Of a stretch of DNA of 64,000 nucleotides, positions 49,390 through 61,670 are shown piece by piece. This DNA comes from Perkinsus chesapeaki ATCC PRA-425. Taxonomy: Eukaryota > Protista > Perkinsozoa. The notes beneath the pieces are model-generated. The model saw nothing but the letters and a program-made list of their open reading frames with translations, was not told the DNA's origin and made no database searches. The position numbers and the translations under genes were made by a program. The stretch lies in assembly GCA_013115145.1 (NCBI GenBank), contig JAAPAO010000111.1, positions 1-64,000 of the forward strand, written 5' to 3'. Within the stretch, counting starts at the first letter, position 1; the number at the start of each line of letters is the position of its first letter.

Positions 49390-50175
49390 TCATGCTATCC
49401 TGCTTAACGGCAAAGATGCGCTTGCAACTTTCACATACACGGTATTCGGAGTACCGGCTCCAACATCCAGAAGATCACCGGGATGTGGTCCTCCGATATT
49501 CGCACATTTCGCGTGGATATCATCGTAGATCTTCATGACCTCACCGTCGGGGTATGAGACCGTAGACGGATCACCGTTACGACCAGCTTTCAACGGGAAG
49601 GGCCCAAAGGGGATCACGTTGTGAGTTTGCCCATCACGGAGACATTCAACCCTAAAGTCGACGGAGAGGGAGCTAGAGCTACTCGTGGTGGCCACGGTGA
49701 TGTTCGCGGTAATGGCGAAGCCATCGGCCCTATCGCGGTGCTCATAAACACCTGCGTAAAGTTTGTCGTAAGACATTTTCAGCGTCTTCATCTTCATGAA
49801 AAAAGATATAAAAATGACATTAGTCGGGTACAAGGTGATGAAGTTGAGACCAGTAGGTATTGCGAGCTTATATCTGGGGCAGTTCTCCTCTATCTCTGCG
49901 TACCACGACTGAGGCTCCCCTTTCAGGCCAACAACTTGGAAATAGTCCATACCAATACGAGTAAGGTTCCTGGTAATTGGGTCCTTCAAGGCAAGATGGC
50001 CGTCACAGAAGATGTAGATTGAGACCTGACTTCGCTCGTTGATGGAATAACCGATTTGTAGGTTTTCTTTCTCTCTTCCATCGTAGAAGAATAGGCCAGG
50101 GCGAAGGCCATGAAACACACCACACACCAAGGTGATCCCGGTCAGAAGGAGTGAGATAATCGGGCGGTGAGCCAT
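49390..50175 (-). CDS. Intronless secreted protein with two tandem two-Cys domains (lineage-specific family)
   Basis: 261 aa with a signal-like N-terminus. Two units start PGLF/AGVY, each with an F.C...C pair. Confidence 0.8.
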   Translation of the reverse strand: MAHRPIISLLLTGITLVCGVFHGLRPGLFFYDGREKENLQIGYSINERSQVSIYIFCDGHLALKDPITRNLTRIGMDYFQVVGLKGEPQSWYAEIEENCPRYKLAIPTGLNFITLYPTNVIFISFFMKMKTLKMSYDKLYAGVYEHRDRADGFAITANITVATTSSSSSLSVDFRVECLRDGQTHNVIPFGPFPLKAGRNGDPSTVSYPDGEVMKIYDDIHAKCANIGGPHPGDLLDVGAGTPNTVYVKVASASLPLSRIA

Positions 50176-50555
50176 AACGCTTGCGGTCAGTAACCTTAAT
50201 AGATTGGACTAGTATAGCTGCGCCCTGAGGACTCCTGAGGGCTCCCGGCCGCAGCTTACCGAGCTAAGGAAATAACTCACATACATCGCGTGAACTGTGA
50301 TCACCACTGCGAGTCGGCCGTGCTGTGACCATTTAAGTAGTGGCGTTTTTAGGTTTGTAACATGAAGCAAATAGATCATAACAGGTGGATATTTAATCGC
50401 GACCACTTCTAACTTGCTGGGTATCACGAGGAGCAAGCTTGTGCGTGTGACGCATTTTCCGATGAAGTATCGCACATTCAGGGGCCACTGTAGAACTCTT
50501 CCCGTCCTCAGTCGATCAGCATGATGAAAATAACTTTGCAAACGAGACCCTCAGG

Positions 50556-50577
50556 TCCGGTGTCACCGGACCGGTGA
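50556..50577. repeat. 22-nt double palindrome (putative transposon excision footprint)
   Basis: TCCGGTG-T-CACCGG-A-CCGGTGA. Confidence 0.9.
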
Positions 50578-51244
50578 AGTTGTTTTCCAATCGAAAATGA
50601 TCACTAATGTCTCTATCGTGTCATGTATCTATTCGGAAGTGAGTTGTGCGTTTTAGCGGCGGATTGTGACCAACGGCTTCATTTGTGGGCCATCCTCCAA
50701 ATGCGGCTCCCACTGTGCGGAGAACGAGCGCATCGATCCACCAATTGATAGTATCAACATGATGCTACCGTATGAGGCTGCAGGCTAAGATAGAATTGTT
50801 CCGGTGGATTCACACCTCTGAGTGAGTCACCAATTGTGAATAGTGGAAAAGACAACCGTCCGGATTCAATGCTTTGTTCGTCGCTCTAATGCTATCTTTT
50901 TCTTCCATCGAAATGCTCTACGCCTTCGGAGTTTCTACGCGATATTCTTGGGAAGGATTACTTCTACACAGGTATGTTGCACACGTGATGTATTCAAAAC
51001 AAAGAACCTGCCTTCGAACTGTAACCCTGAGAACTTGGCTAGGAGGAGTCTCTTAGGCAAGTATCTTCAGACATAAAAGAACGTTCTCAGGTGACTACTG
51101 CACGGCTGGTCATTCTTGCTATTTTGCCGTGTTCGAAGCCGCGGTACGGTTACGATCAATGACTCTATAGACTTGGCGATTTGGAACCATTTAACAAACG
51201 TAGAGCTAGGCATGAATGAAACGTTCTATATCCGCAAAGATTCA

Positions 51245-54200
51245 TCACGATTCAATGCACGTTGGTCCATCACTGCTAGGCTTGGGGTGGATGATGAGAC
51301 CTAAGAAGGACAGCTTAAACCGATATTCCCAATGTGGCAACTCACTCGAAAGGCCTTGGGCCCACCTCCTCGAGAAGGGAACCGTTGCATAACTTCGGCG
51401 TCACTACGTTGGCGGAGTAGAGCCAGGAGAGGATCCATCAAAGAGGTCTCCCTACTCGACTGTCGTTCAGATATTTGCTCCTGTCAGAATTGACGTTACG
51501 AGATGGCCAAATATCTTAGACTTACCCAAACTCGGCAGATGCAGTCCGCGACATCATTGTCTTCGCCAAGAGGGGATGCCTTAAGCACTTCTACCCATTC
51601 GAGTTGGTGTCGAAGGAACCAGTCCGAAATCAAAGACCTAACGCATTTGATAAAGCCAGGGATGTACCACAAAAGCTAACGTACACTGCGGGGGTGTAGT
51701 AGGGCAGCCTCATCAAAGTGACCGCAGCTATCAACAGCAGCTCCTCGGGAGAGTGATGCCCCTCTTCTAGGAGCTGCCGCAAACCGTTGTACTCGATGAA
51801 CGTCCGTGCAAGCGCTGCCGATCGTTGAACGATAAGACTAAGGGTTGAGAGTGCTAACGGTGACCTCGAGGCGAGCAAAGCCTGAGAATAAAAGATCCAG
51901 GGGCGGCACGAAGGTCGCGACTAACTTACAGATTGAATAGACGGCCAGTCAGCCTCCATGGAATCCTCGATTTTCCTGTCACTGGGGGGAGCCAAACGTA
52001 GTACAAGGGATAGGAGACCAAGGCAGAGATAACTTAAACCTGATTCAACATCTAAAGACGGGATCGGAGGGAAAGGCCGTCACCCTTCGTGGCGGTGCTC
52101 TTGCTGAGGACTTCGCGGAATACGTAAAGGAGAGGTCCATCCAGAACAGTATCGATGAGATCCTCGCATGAAGTGGAGGTCAACCGGAGCAGCAAAATCA
52201 AACATATAGTCAACCTAGAAAAAACAAAGTAACACTCTAAGCACTAATGCGCTTGTCTATACGCATGCTCAATGACACTATCAGGCAGCTCCCGGAGCTT
52301 GGATGGAGAGCATGCTTTAAGGAAGCCTCTCAACCATTCGGCTGCAACAACACCTGAGCCCAGCAGAGTGACTGAAGGCTGCGAAGTCGCCGCGGAGCTC
52401 TACCTGATGAAGATGTTGTTTGTCTGGCTATGTGCCCGTCTGATCCAAGGGCCGAGACGCTACTGGCGACGGTGGAGCGTGCGTACAAGAGAGACATAAG
52501 CCTCGACACTATCTGAGAAACGGTGAGTTTAAAGAAGGCCGGAATGGTATGATCCTACGGGGAAAATGTATGGCGACCGATTAGGTCCCCCCTCGCCGAC
52601 CAGGGATAGCGATGCTTCAGCCAAAACATGCAGTGTTGGCTCCGATGAGGGAAGATAGACCACCGCCGTGTTAAGGAACTAAAGGTGAGACCAACTTGTG
52701 AAACGCGAAATGCCGAATGAGAGCGTTGTTACCCGTATAACGGAGTTCTGTAGGAGGTCGGCACCAAGGAGCACTGACTGCCGTGTGTTTTGCGCGGATA
52801 AGAGGGCCAAAGCTGGTCGATAGACTTCTTTAGTCGAGAGTGTCTGAAGGTGTTGAGGAACTGCAGTCAGTTTGCGAATCTTAACGTTACCTTGACACCC
52901 CTGAGGAGCGGCGGATCCACCTCCTCACCAGTCCGCGGAACGTCGATCTTGAAGTCTCTAATAACGTTGACAAGATATCTCTCAGGGTCACACATTCCAC
53001 CAGGGAGCCGATCGGCTTCGATGGCGGAGCGCAGAGACCCCACAAGGATTGTTCGGAACTGCTCAGGTACATCCGGCGGCTGAAAAATGAAATGTGAGAT
53101 TTCCTTCGCGTGGAGGCGTCATACGTCGAAGTCATCGGCTTTGCGGAGAAGTCGGCCTATCAGCGAAAGCATCAGTGGCTGCTTGTCCTTCCTGCTGAGG
53201 CCGTTGAGGAAGGTCGCCGCGACGTCTCGGAGATCCTCAACGTTGGAGTTTCCTATACAGTAGGACAGCTCGGCTGCCAGCACTTCGAGCAGCCTCCCGG
53301 CGAAGATCGGGTCGTCTCCCTCCAGAGCTATTCGCAGGGTATCGTAACGACTCGGCCACGCAAAGGAGACATAACGCAAGATGGCCGCCTTGAGGATGTC
53401 CTTGCCCGATGCCAGAAAGCCGCAGACACATTCCACAGCGAAGCTGTAGAGAGCTGCGGCCCCTGTAGCGGAGGCAGGTGGCGGGTTGTCCAGCAAGAAG
53501 AAGAGGGCGTCGAGACCGGAAAGCTCGCCAGATGAAGTATCTCCAATATGGTCCTCCCCGCCGGTCAGGAAGAGAAGGGTGAGATCGGCATCACAACGGT
53601 TAAGAGTGCTCAATGCCAGCCAGCGAGAGGCATCATTACTAATCCTGCCGAACTTCTGCAGTTTGCTAGGGCTCCACGTAACGCATCTGTCTACGTAACG
53701 TACTAGACCTTCACCATTGGGAACAACCGGGCGTTGGTCCACTTGTCGAGCGACTTCTCGAAGGAGGAGCAGCCTCGAGAGATCATTGCGGGCGTCATAG
53801 CGGCAAAGACTTGTCACGCTGCATACCGGCAATAACGAATCGTACCGCAGGATCTCGCCAGCTGAGTCGTACACAGAGCCGGAGCCAGAGGAAAGGAGAA
53901 TACGGCCGAGGGCCAAGGATGCTTGCCTAGGCATAGAGGGATGAAGGGCAAAGGTAGCTCTAATGGCCTGGGGGGCTCGAGCGCACATCGCCGAGATAAT
54001 GGTGAGACCAGCTCTCGTACTAGCATGGCGGCTTTGAAGTAGATGGGCAACAAGGGGAACTCCATCAGGTGTCTTGCCGAGCTCAACTTGCTTATGTGCT
54101 ACCACGCAATCAGGAACGTTACGAGGGTCGCGCTCGAGGCAAGCAGCGAGTAGTTCGACCGCAGTCTCTGACAAGGCCTCGTCCTTAGAGGTAATGGCCG

Positions 54201-57200
54201 CAGCAACTCTAGAGAACACCGGTGACTCCAGGGTTAAGAGACACTTTGTGGCGTAGATGAAGGCGTCCATATCCTGGGAAGGGGCAAGAATCATCCGAAG
54301 GAGCCATCTGATAGATAGAAGCTGAACAGAGTCCGACGTCCTCCCACCGTGGAGTAGGAGACGGTTAACCTAAGGTCCGAAGATATCTCACAAGGCAAGG
54401 TGAAGGATACTTACCACATGGTTGGTGACCCGCATCCAAGCATCTGCCTGACCGGGGGCCCACCTTTGAGATTCCGGCAAGCGATGGAAGAGCGATATCA
54501 TCAGTCTTAGTAGGGCCGCCGATACACCAGATGGCGAGATCTGAAAAGTGGACGATGACGCTTCCCACATTTACAGCAGTTCTCCTCCCTACTCCATTCT
54601 CGTGGGGCGGAACTGAAGTGAGCAGAGTCGTCTTCTGCATGATGGCCTGGAGCACAGCTCTAGCGTGGGCAGCACTATCGACTCCTCGTGGTCGAGCGTA
54701 TGCCAGGCCCGTCAAACACGCAATGGTAACTCTGAGCAACATTGACGATAAGGCCAACCGGCGGCAGCAGTTGCTGGCTCACTCATTTCGCGCTAAGACG
54801 GAGTAAGGCGGAGCACCAGTAAGAACTTCGACAAGAGTAGTGCCGCCTTGCCATGATCCCACCGAGCTCTGACAATAACAAGCATACCGAGCATCGCACA
54901 GCTACTGGAGGGCTTACCTCCCCCACATCCGCGCAGGCCGATAGGATCCTCACCAGCGCCGGGGCAACCAGCAAGACACCTTCCGAGGCCTCATCGTCGT
55001 CTGCTTGCAATGAACCAGATATGGCACTTTGCCGCACCTGAGGGGGAGCTCACTCGGGCCGCAGACGCGAAGGTCTTCAGCTTACAGCTTTGAGAATCTT
55101 GCGTAAATGGTCATGCATGTTGGCAACGTTGAACCATGGATTATGGTGGTGCTCCAGCTTGTGGACAAACTGAACGATATGATGCTAGATGGTGATGATG
55201 CCAAGCGCGCAAAAAGTTACCTGTTTCACTGCAGGCTCCCCTTGGGGTAGTCTGGTGACCATACAAGTGCACATGTCTAGGATGGCCGCATATTCCAGAG
55301 AAAGGAACAATGTCACCACATGTGGCTGGCCGCCATTGGGACCATAACCAGGAGGGAAATCATAAGGGCCGCCACCTGATGATGAGGAGAAGAAGGTCGA
55401 CGACTAAGCAGTGGAGGGATGACTCATCACCTCTACCGTACTGACCGGGTGCTGCTACCGCTGCTGCTGCAGCAGCTTCTGTGATGGTCGCTGTCGGATG
55501 AAAGTTCTCCGTCTTATTCAGAACAACATCCTTGTACTTGAGGCACATACTCTCACTCTGACCTTTATCAGATACCTGCACTAGGAGTTTCCCAACTGCT
55601 GCTGCTGCTGCCGACACTTCTGTTGATAAGGCCGACTTACCAGACACAGCCTAGTGATTATCTTAATGACCATGATTTGCAGGTAGTTACGTGCGGGACG
55701 ATAGGGCAGGTTAGCAGCTTGAGGAGGCGGTAAAAGATTGTACTTAGTCCTGGCCAAGAAGCATCGAACCAGGCGCCAAGATGACAACAGACGTACGCGT
55801 GAGTTTCTAGTCTCTTTAGGCTGGTCCATCGGTGCAGAGGTAGCACTAGTGCTGACATTATAGAATCTAATATACGTGAAAGGACCAGACCAGGACTGGT
55901 AGAGGGGCTGGCTGCGGCCGATAAAACACAGGGTGTGACTTCATCTTGAATCTGAAGGCGGGAGCAGCATCATCATCGAGAAGCAGCAGCATCAGCAGCA
56001 GCAGGACACAGGAGCCTACGTAGCCAAGGATGTCCCAGTAGACCAGGGCCGTCCTCTCGATCTTGCTACTTTCCTCTTCCTTCCCGCCACAGCCGTACAT
56101 GCCCTGATGAAGCCACCATTCACTGCAGACTGCAGCGATACGAGGATACTTACAGTGCAGGCGAAGGCAAGGAGGCGACCAGTGTCGTAGTCAGATGACC
56201 AATACTCGCTACCGAACTTGTTAGTTACGCTGCTGGCAGGCTGTCGAGCTTCCTTGGCGGGTGCGGTGGACGACGGATCTGAACAGTTCTTCAAGTGGCA
56301 TGCCGGTGGCATGCTCTTGCCTGTGTGTGCCATCGTGTCCACTGTGAGCTGGGACTGTAACTTCTGCATTCTATTTTTACTAGGAGCTAATGCAGCCATC
56401 ACAGCCAGTGCCATGTACAATGTCAACCGCTGCGATAGCCGCACCGGGCCAGTGGAACTGAGATAGAAGGAAAGACTGTAGGTGAACGGATAGAGGATGC
56501 CGTGCCCATTCTAGAGGGAGACTAATTATTTTATCACCGCATTAAGAGCGCCGCCTTCTGCCTAGATAGAGCCCGTATCGCAATACATGGTCACCGACGA
56601 CACATGGTGACGATGGAGGAAAACTGCGAGGGAATTGTTCAAAATCTGGGTACATATTTTACTGCCCGGCGTTCAACGTAAGCTGGTATGACTAAAGTCA
56701 TTTACATACTCTGCTTGCAAAACTGGCAACACACCATGTGCAGCGAAAGCGAAATATTCCAGGAGTGAGCGATAAAGAATAGTGTTATCCCGTAGAGGGC
56801 TTATTGTAATGTAGCCTCGGCTGGGAAGTTTCCAAGCCCCCCTGCAGCGAACTATGCGTCGCTCGTGTCACCAGCTGGGCGTACAACATTCGAGGTAGGC
56901 TATCAGAATGCCACTACCTTACCTGATCTCCCCGGTTGCGTCCTCTTCTGTATGATCGGTGACAGTCATTCCCGGTGCCAGCAGTTCTAGATCCCCCAGT
57001 ACGAAGGGTACAGGAGCAGACAGCGACACTGTGGAAGCAACCGTCTGAGGAAATGAGGGAAAGGCAACAATGCTGATGAGCAGCACGATGTACTTGTGGA
57101 ATGAGAGCCAAGGCGGCCTCGATCTCATCAGTGCCAGTGACCTCAATAAGAGCGAAGGCCAGAACACAGCAATCGACCAAAGTAGTCGTGATGGGTCGCA

Positions 57201-58312
57201 CTAGGTAACTGGTAACAGGGAGTCGTGGTGTTACTAAAGGTGGATGCTGCCTACTCTGAGACTTTCTGTGGCACGCCCATCTGCCCTTGTAGCTGCTGTG
57301 TTCCCTCCAACGAGGCCAATACCGATCCTATGCCGGTGCACAGAGACTTAGCCAGACCCAGGCGCCCTGGAAATGAGTACCGATTATAGCGCGTGCGCAG
57401 GGACAGTCTACCTAGCTCCCTGACTATCATTCGCGCCTCATACTGGCCACGATCTGCAGTGGACAAGATGTCCTTTAGACACAGGCAGAGATGATACCAC
57501 TCTCGCAAGAACAATCGGACCTGTTGAGAACTGAATGGGGCCAGAGACACCAGGACTGGCGGCACTCACCGCTAGGTCAGTGACCTCCTTTGTATTCTCC
57601 CTACTATCATCCTCAGATGCCTTAGCTATCCTCATAACACTGTCTCCCATCACCAGACTAATAGCTTTACCCACCAATCCGCACACCTAATTCGTTGGAT
57701 GCCCTAACAGGTTCAAGCCACCGGTGCTGCCTTACAGCATGCTGGTGCAGCTTGGTTAGCTTGGACACAGTGTCGACCACTTGAATGCTGCTCTCAGACA
57801 TCAGCAGGCTCCACTCGTACCTGTCACCAGAGATGGCCTCCGTAGTGCATGGTAGGCAGAGTCCTTTACTTTTCTTTCTCAAGTGTCAACAATGATTTAG
57901 CTGCCCCGGTGTTGCCTTGTTTTTCGCCCTTCTGGATCTCCTGCTCCACCGCGGCGGACTTCTGCTGAATCCAGGAGGCCAACTAACAGACAAATAATCA
58001 GTCCGTGTCTCCCACCGAATGCAAACCTACCTGCTGCGGCTGCATTGTCTCCTCTCTTGGCATCAACAGAGGTAGGAAAGGATTGGCCAGCTGAGGTGCC
58101 CAGGCCAGGACCCCGGCCCGGACCTCTGCCGGGCACTCTGAAACCAAACTGCTATGTGATGACAAGGACCGCTCGGGGGTACCTCCCGATTTTGCTTGCA
58201 CCAGCCGGCCTATTATGTCGCGGTGAAGCGTCTCGAATGGCTCATCCTTAAGCTGTAATTCAGGGGAGGCGCTCCCTGTGGACGCGGTCCCTGCTGAGCC
58301 AAAAAGGGCCAT
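51245..58312 (-). CDS. Large multi-exon hypothetical protein, Leu/Ala-rich helical (ARM/HEAT-like); could be more than one gene
   Basis: A continuous chain of minus-strand exons with GT-AG introns, including the 391-aa ORF 53119-54294. No family recognised. Confidence 0.55.
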
Positions 58313-58547
58313 ACAGGAGGAAGGGATCACCACAACAACAAACTGATAGAAAAAGCGTAAAATAATAACTGCTACTGAAAACTCGAGCAATATAATTTGG
58401 TGATAATTTGAAATGGATTTGTGAATCATGTTGTTGACAATATTATTGCTGCTACTACAATCACACCTTTGACCTGTTGCATAATCTACCGGGCCGAACT
58501 TAACCTGATAAAATACAATCATCAAGCACGCCTTGAGGCTTGGACGC

Positions 58548-60132
58548 TTACACAGAACCACCGTCATCGAGGAGGGTAGAGTTGGGGTAGATACTTGTAA
58601 GAGGATCGAACATCCCCCAGGCTCCACCAGGGGCTGCCAATAACACTATACTGCTGGATTCGTATTCAAGCCTACGATGCTCGGCGAGGAAGCTACGCTG
58701 GATGGACGCAGGAGACAGGCCTCTGCTGGAATGAGACTCCCGACGCTGTTCGCCTATGTACCACTCGGCGCGATCTCGGTTAGTCTCCGAATGTCGTCGG
58801 TCACGACCGTCTCCACTATGCTGACTTACCGAGTAAGTTGGCTCAGCTGTCTGTCCAGCAGATTCATTCGATGACCTTATAACAGTACGTGCGCCACAGC
58901 AGGAATACCTCACCGGAACGATCGCTTCCTCAAACCCGGATCAGTTATCATCGAGGGAGGAGTCACCACACTTCCTTCTTCCCCTCCCTCATCACCAACA
59001 TCGATGGCAGGCGACGGGCAACTGCTCCGATTTACCAACACGCTCAAGGCACTTCTACCGACCTCATACGTATCTTTGGGCCTCGACCAGCAGATGACAG
59101 CCTTGCCCTCTTCTCGATGAGCCTCTCCGACGCCTGTCGCTGCAATTTAACATACCTGCCGCATTCGAACCATTTCCATCAGAGGCGCTGCCGCCGCCTA
59201 CTGCTGAGCCAGCTTCCTGTTCTCGACCTCCTTCTGCCGATCTCGCCCTCGGTACTGATGAGCCGTTCTCTCCCAGTCGCTGGCAGGAGCAGCGGTGCTT
59301 GCCTCCGATCGCTGCGATGAATGCTGGCACCTACTCTCGTTCCTGCATCGCTCCGCTAAGTCTGTGCCGGAATTCCTTTTCCGATTTCCTCAGTCGAGCC
59401 TCCGCCTCCTTAACTTGGTTCGATGCAGCCTCAAGCTTATCCGTCAACCGTTTCACCTTCCCTGTCAGCATTTTATTATCCGACTGAATGCGGGCCAACT
59501 TTTCCTGAATCCAAGCGTCAGCAATGGAAGAAATAAGTATTCTGGCGTGGGCCCTATTTGCATATAGCATTCGCATATAGCTTCCACACCTCAGCAGTGA
59601 GGACTACGGAGGCTTTCCTACAAGTACGAATATATATCGACACTTCGGTGGGAAGCAGTACAACAGTAAGCTCTGCAGCAAACCTTAACCCAGTGTTCAA
59701 GGCGCCTATAGGTTAAAGCTCAACGTATGGTCGAAGCCTGAAGTCTACCGCAGCTCCCTATCCAACCGACACGCTTCTATAGCCTCGAGCCCTTACTTCA
59801 CTTTCCCTTCGCCTTCTGTATTCCTGCTCTCTCATCCTTAACAAAGAGTCTATTGCCCTCATAATGCTGCCGGTATCATCAAGACTCATCTGTGGCAGGC
59901 CGAGCTGATAGCACAACCATCTACCACTCCGACCATCGCCGCTGCCACTCACTCCCAGCAACATGTGGTTCATACCAGCCATTCGCTCGGTTTCCGTCAG
60001 AGCAAGGCCACCCTGAGCCGATGAGGCCTGGCGGCTGCCGCCCTCATTCCCGTCATCGCCGAATAGCTCATCCAAGGAGCCAAAGCTGAGGTCGATTGAT
60101 GGTGGCGAATCTGGGCGTCGTTGAAGAGACAT
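58548..60132 (-). CDS. SSX2IP/ADIP/Msd1-like coiled-coil protein, multi-exon
   Basis: LCYQLGLPQMSLDDTGSIMRAIDSLLRMREQEYRRRRESE|EKLARIQSDNKML...|TAHQYRGRDRQKEVENRKL follows the ADIP-domain pattern (resemblance only). Confidence 0.5.
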
Positions 60133-60479
60133 ACAGTGAACTGCCGTGATGGTAGAATTAGGGTATATATTGAAATACAACCTGCCCCCACATGGCATTA
60201 ACAACCACATCTGGATCAATTGCGAGTTTCCGCTGATGACTCTGAATCAGTATAAAGCATGTCGTGTACACTTTATCTTCGAGCTCCTCCAGTTTCCTCG
60301 GGCTACCCAAATCGAGCCTTTGTCGAACTGTCTGGAAGGAAATATACGCCACGCGAATGCCACTACTTCCTTCGACTATCTCTTCAACGCCTCCCTATGT
60401 CCTCACCAATGCTACGATGGAACTCGAGAGCGGCGGTATGAGAACAGAAACTCAAACAACAACTGCATGCTGCATAAGA

Positions 60480-61012
60480 CTAACGAAGCCGGTTGTTTCG
60501 GGTGTAGTGGTAGCACTGAAATATCTTTTGTTGCCGCCAGCTGGGATGCTTCTTGAACTGCTTACCTGATAGCGCGACGCTGACTTGTACGAAAACTACT
60601 TATCTACCAAGTACCAGAGATATAGGGCAGGAGGTACTCGGGGAACTGTAGTGACCGGGGTGGCGGCTTCGTCAATTTCTGATAGAAAAACCGTAAATTC
60701 CCTCGAAACCCTCGAATGATACAGACCTGTTTGTGTGTCGGATTTGCCGTGCAATCAACTGCCAAAATAGGAGTAGCATGACGGTAGACTCGGTACCTAG
60801 GATTCACCTACAACCCCTTCGAAAGGGATTCTCCTACCGGCATTGATCACATCGCAGTTGCAGGGCTCCTCGGTCTCTTTTGTATCGTACCTATTTACTA
60901 CTAGCAACAGCTTTAAGAGGCGACTTACTCCCATGAGCGGTGCCATCAGACCGGTGGCCCCGGATATAGCTCTACCAACATCTTTCGATCGGTGCAATAG
61001 TACAAGTGACAT
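60480..61012 (-). CDS. Mitochondrial ribosomal protein bL36m-like with N- and C-terminal extensions, multi-exon
   Basis: Spliced VRYKRDRGALQLRCDQCR|YRVYRHATPILAVDCTANPTHKQ shows the L36 Zn-ribbon CxxC...C.xNPxHKQ. An in-frame splice path reaches the stop at 60480. Confidence 0.72.
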
Positions 61013-61670
61013 GGCAGAAACTTACTGAGACAGAAGGTCCGCAGAGGAGGGGAGCAACGCTGCGGCGGAAAAGGTAACCAGAAACACTCTTATTGATGAG
61101 AACATGAAAGGTATCCCAAGCTAGGCGGGCACCTTCAACACTTGGCTGGGAGGAGGACGCCTGTACCTAAGACACACGGTGGATGATACACTGCACTGTC
61201 AATAATAGCAATAACAAAGAGAATCTTTAATGAAGAAGAGACACCTCACAGCGCAAGATGAAGCCTAACATATTTTTCATGTGGAAAAATAGGCAGCAAA
61301 TCAAACTTTTATCCGCCTCCACGGCAGCGATATGAGTTCGGAGCCCTAATAAATCACAAACGCCATTCCCTATCAAGATGACTCATAAATCCTAATACGA
61401 AATATGCTCCCAGCGAGAACTAGGATTTACGGTCACGAGATGTCCCTTTATGAACACCCTGATCCTGAGTGTCATTGCTACGACGACTATTCTAGTAACT
61501 TCCAGTCTATTGCACGGATACGAAGTGAAGTTACCATATTGAAAGATGCAACTAAGAAGCATATATTTTTGACACACCAGATGACTGTACTGCCCGTCAA
61601 TTCACAACAAGGCGTTGGTGAGTCAGAATGCGTCGCGCTATGGGGGGACTAAATTGTATACGACGATGGC

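Noticed and set aside
46826-50757. Isolated 6+1+6 palindromes (e.g. 46826-46838, 50745-50757, also 17630-17642) as scars
   Set aside because: Single palindromes of this length are expected by chance several times in 64 kb, and they have no partner centre 7 nt away.
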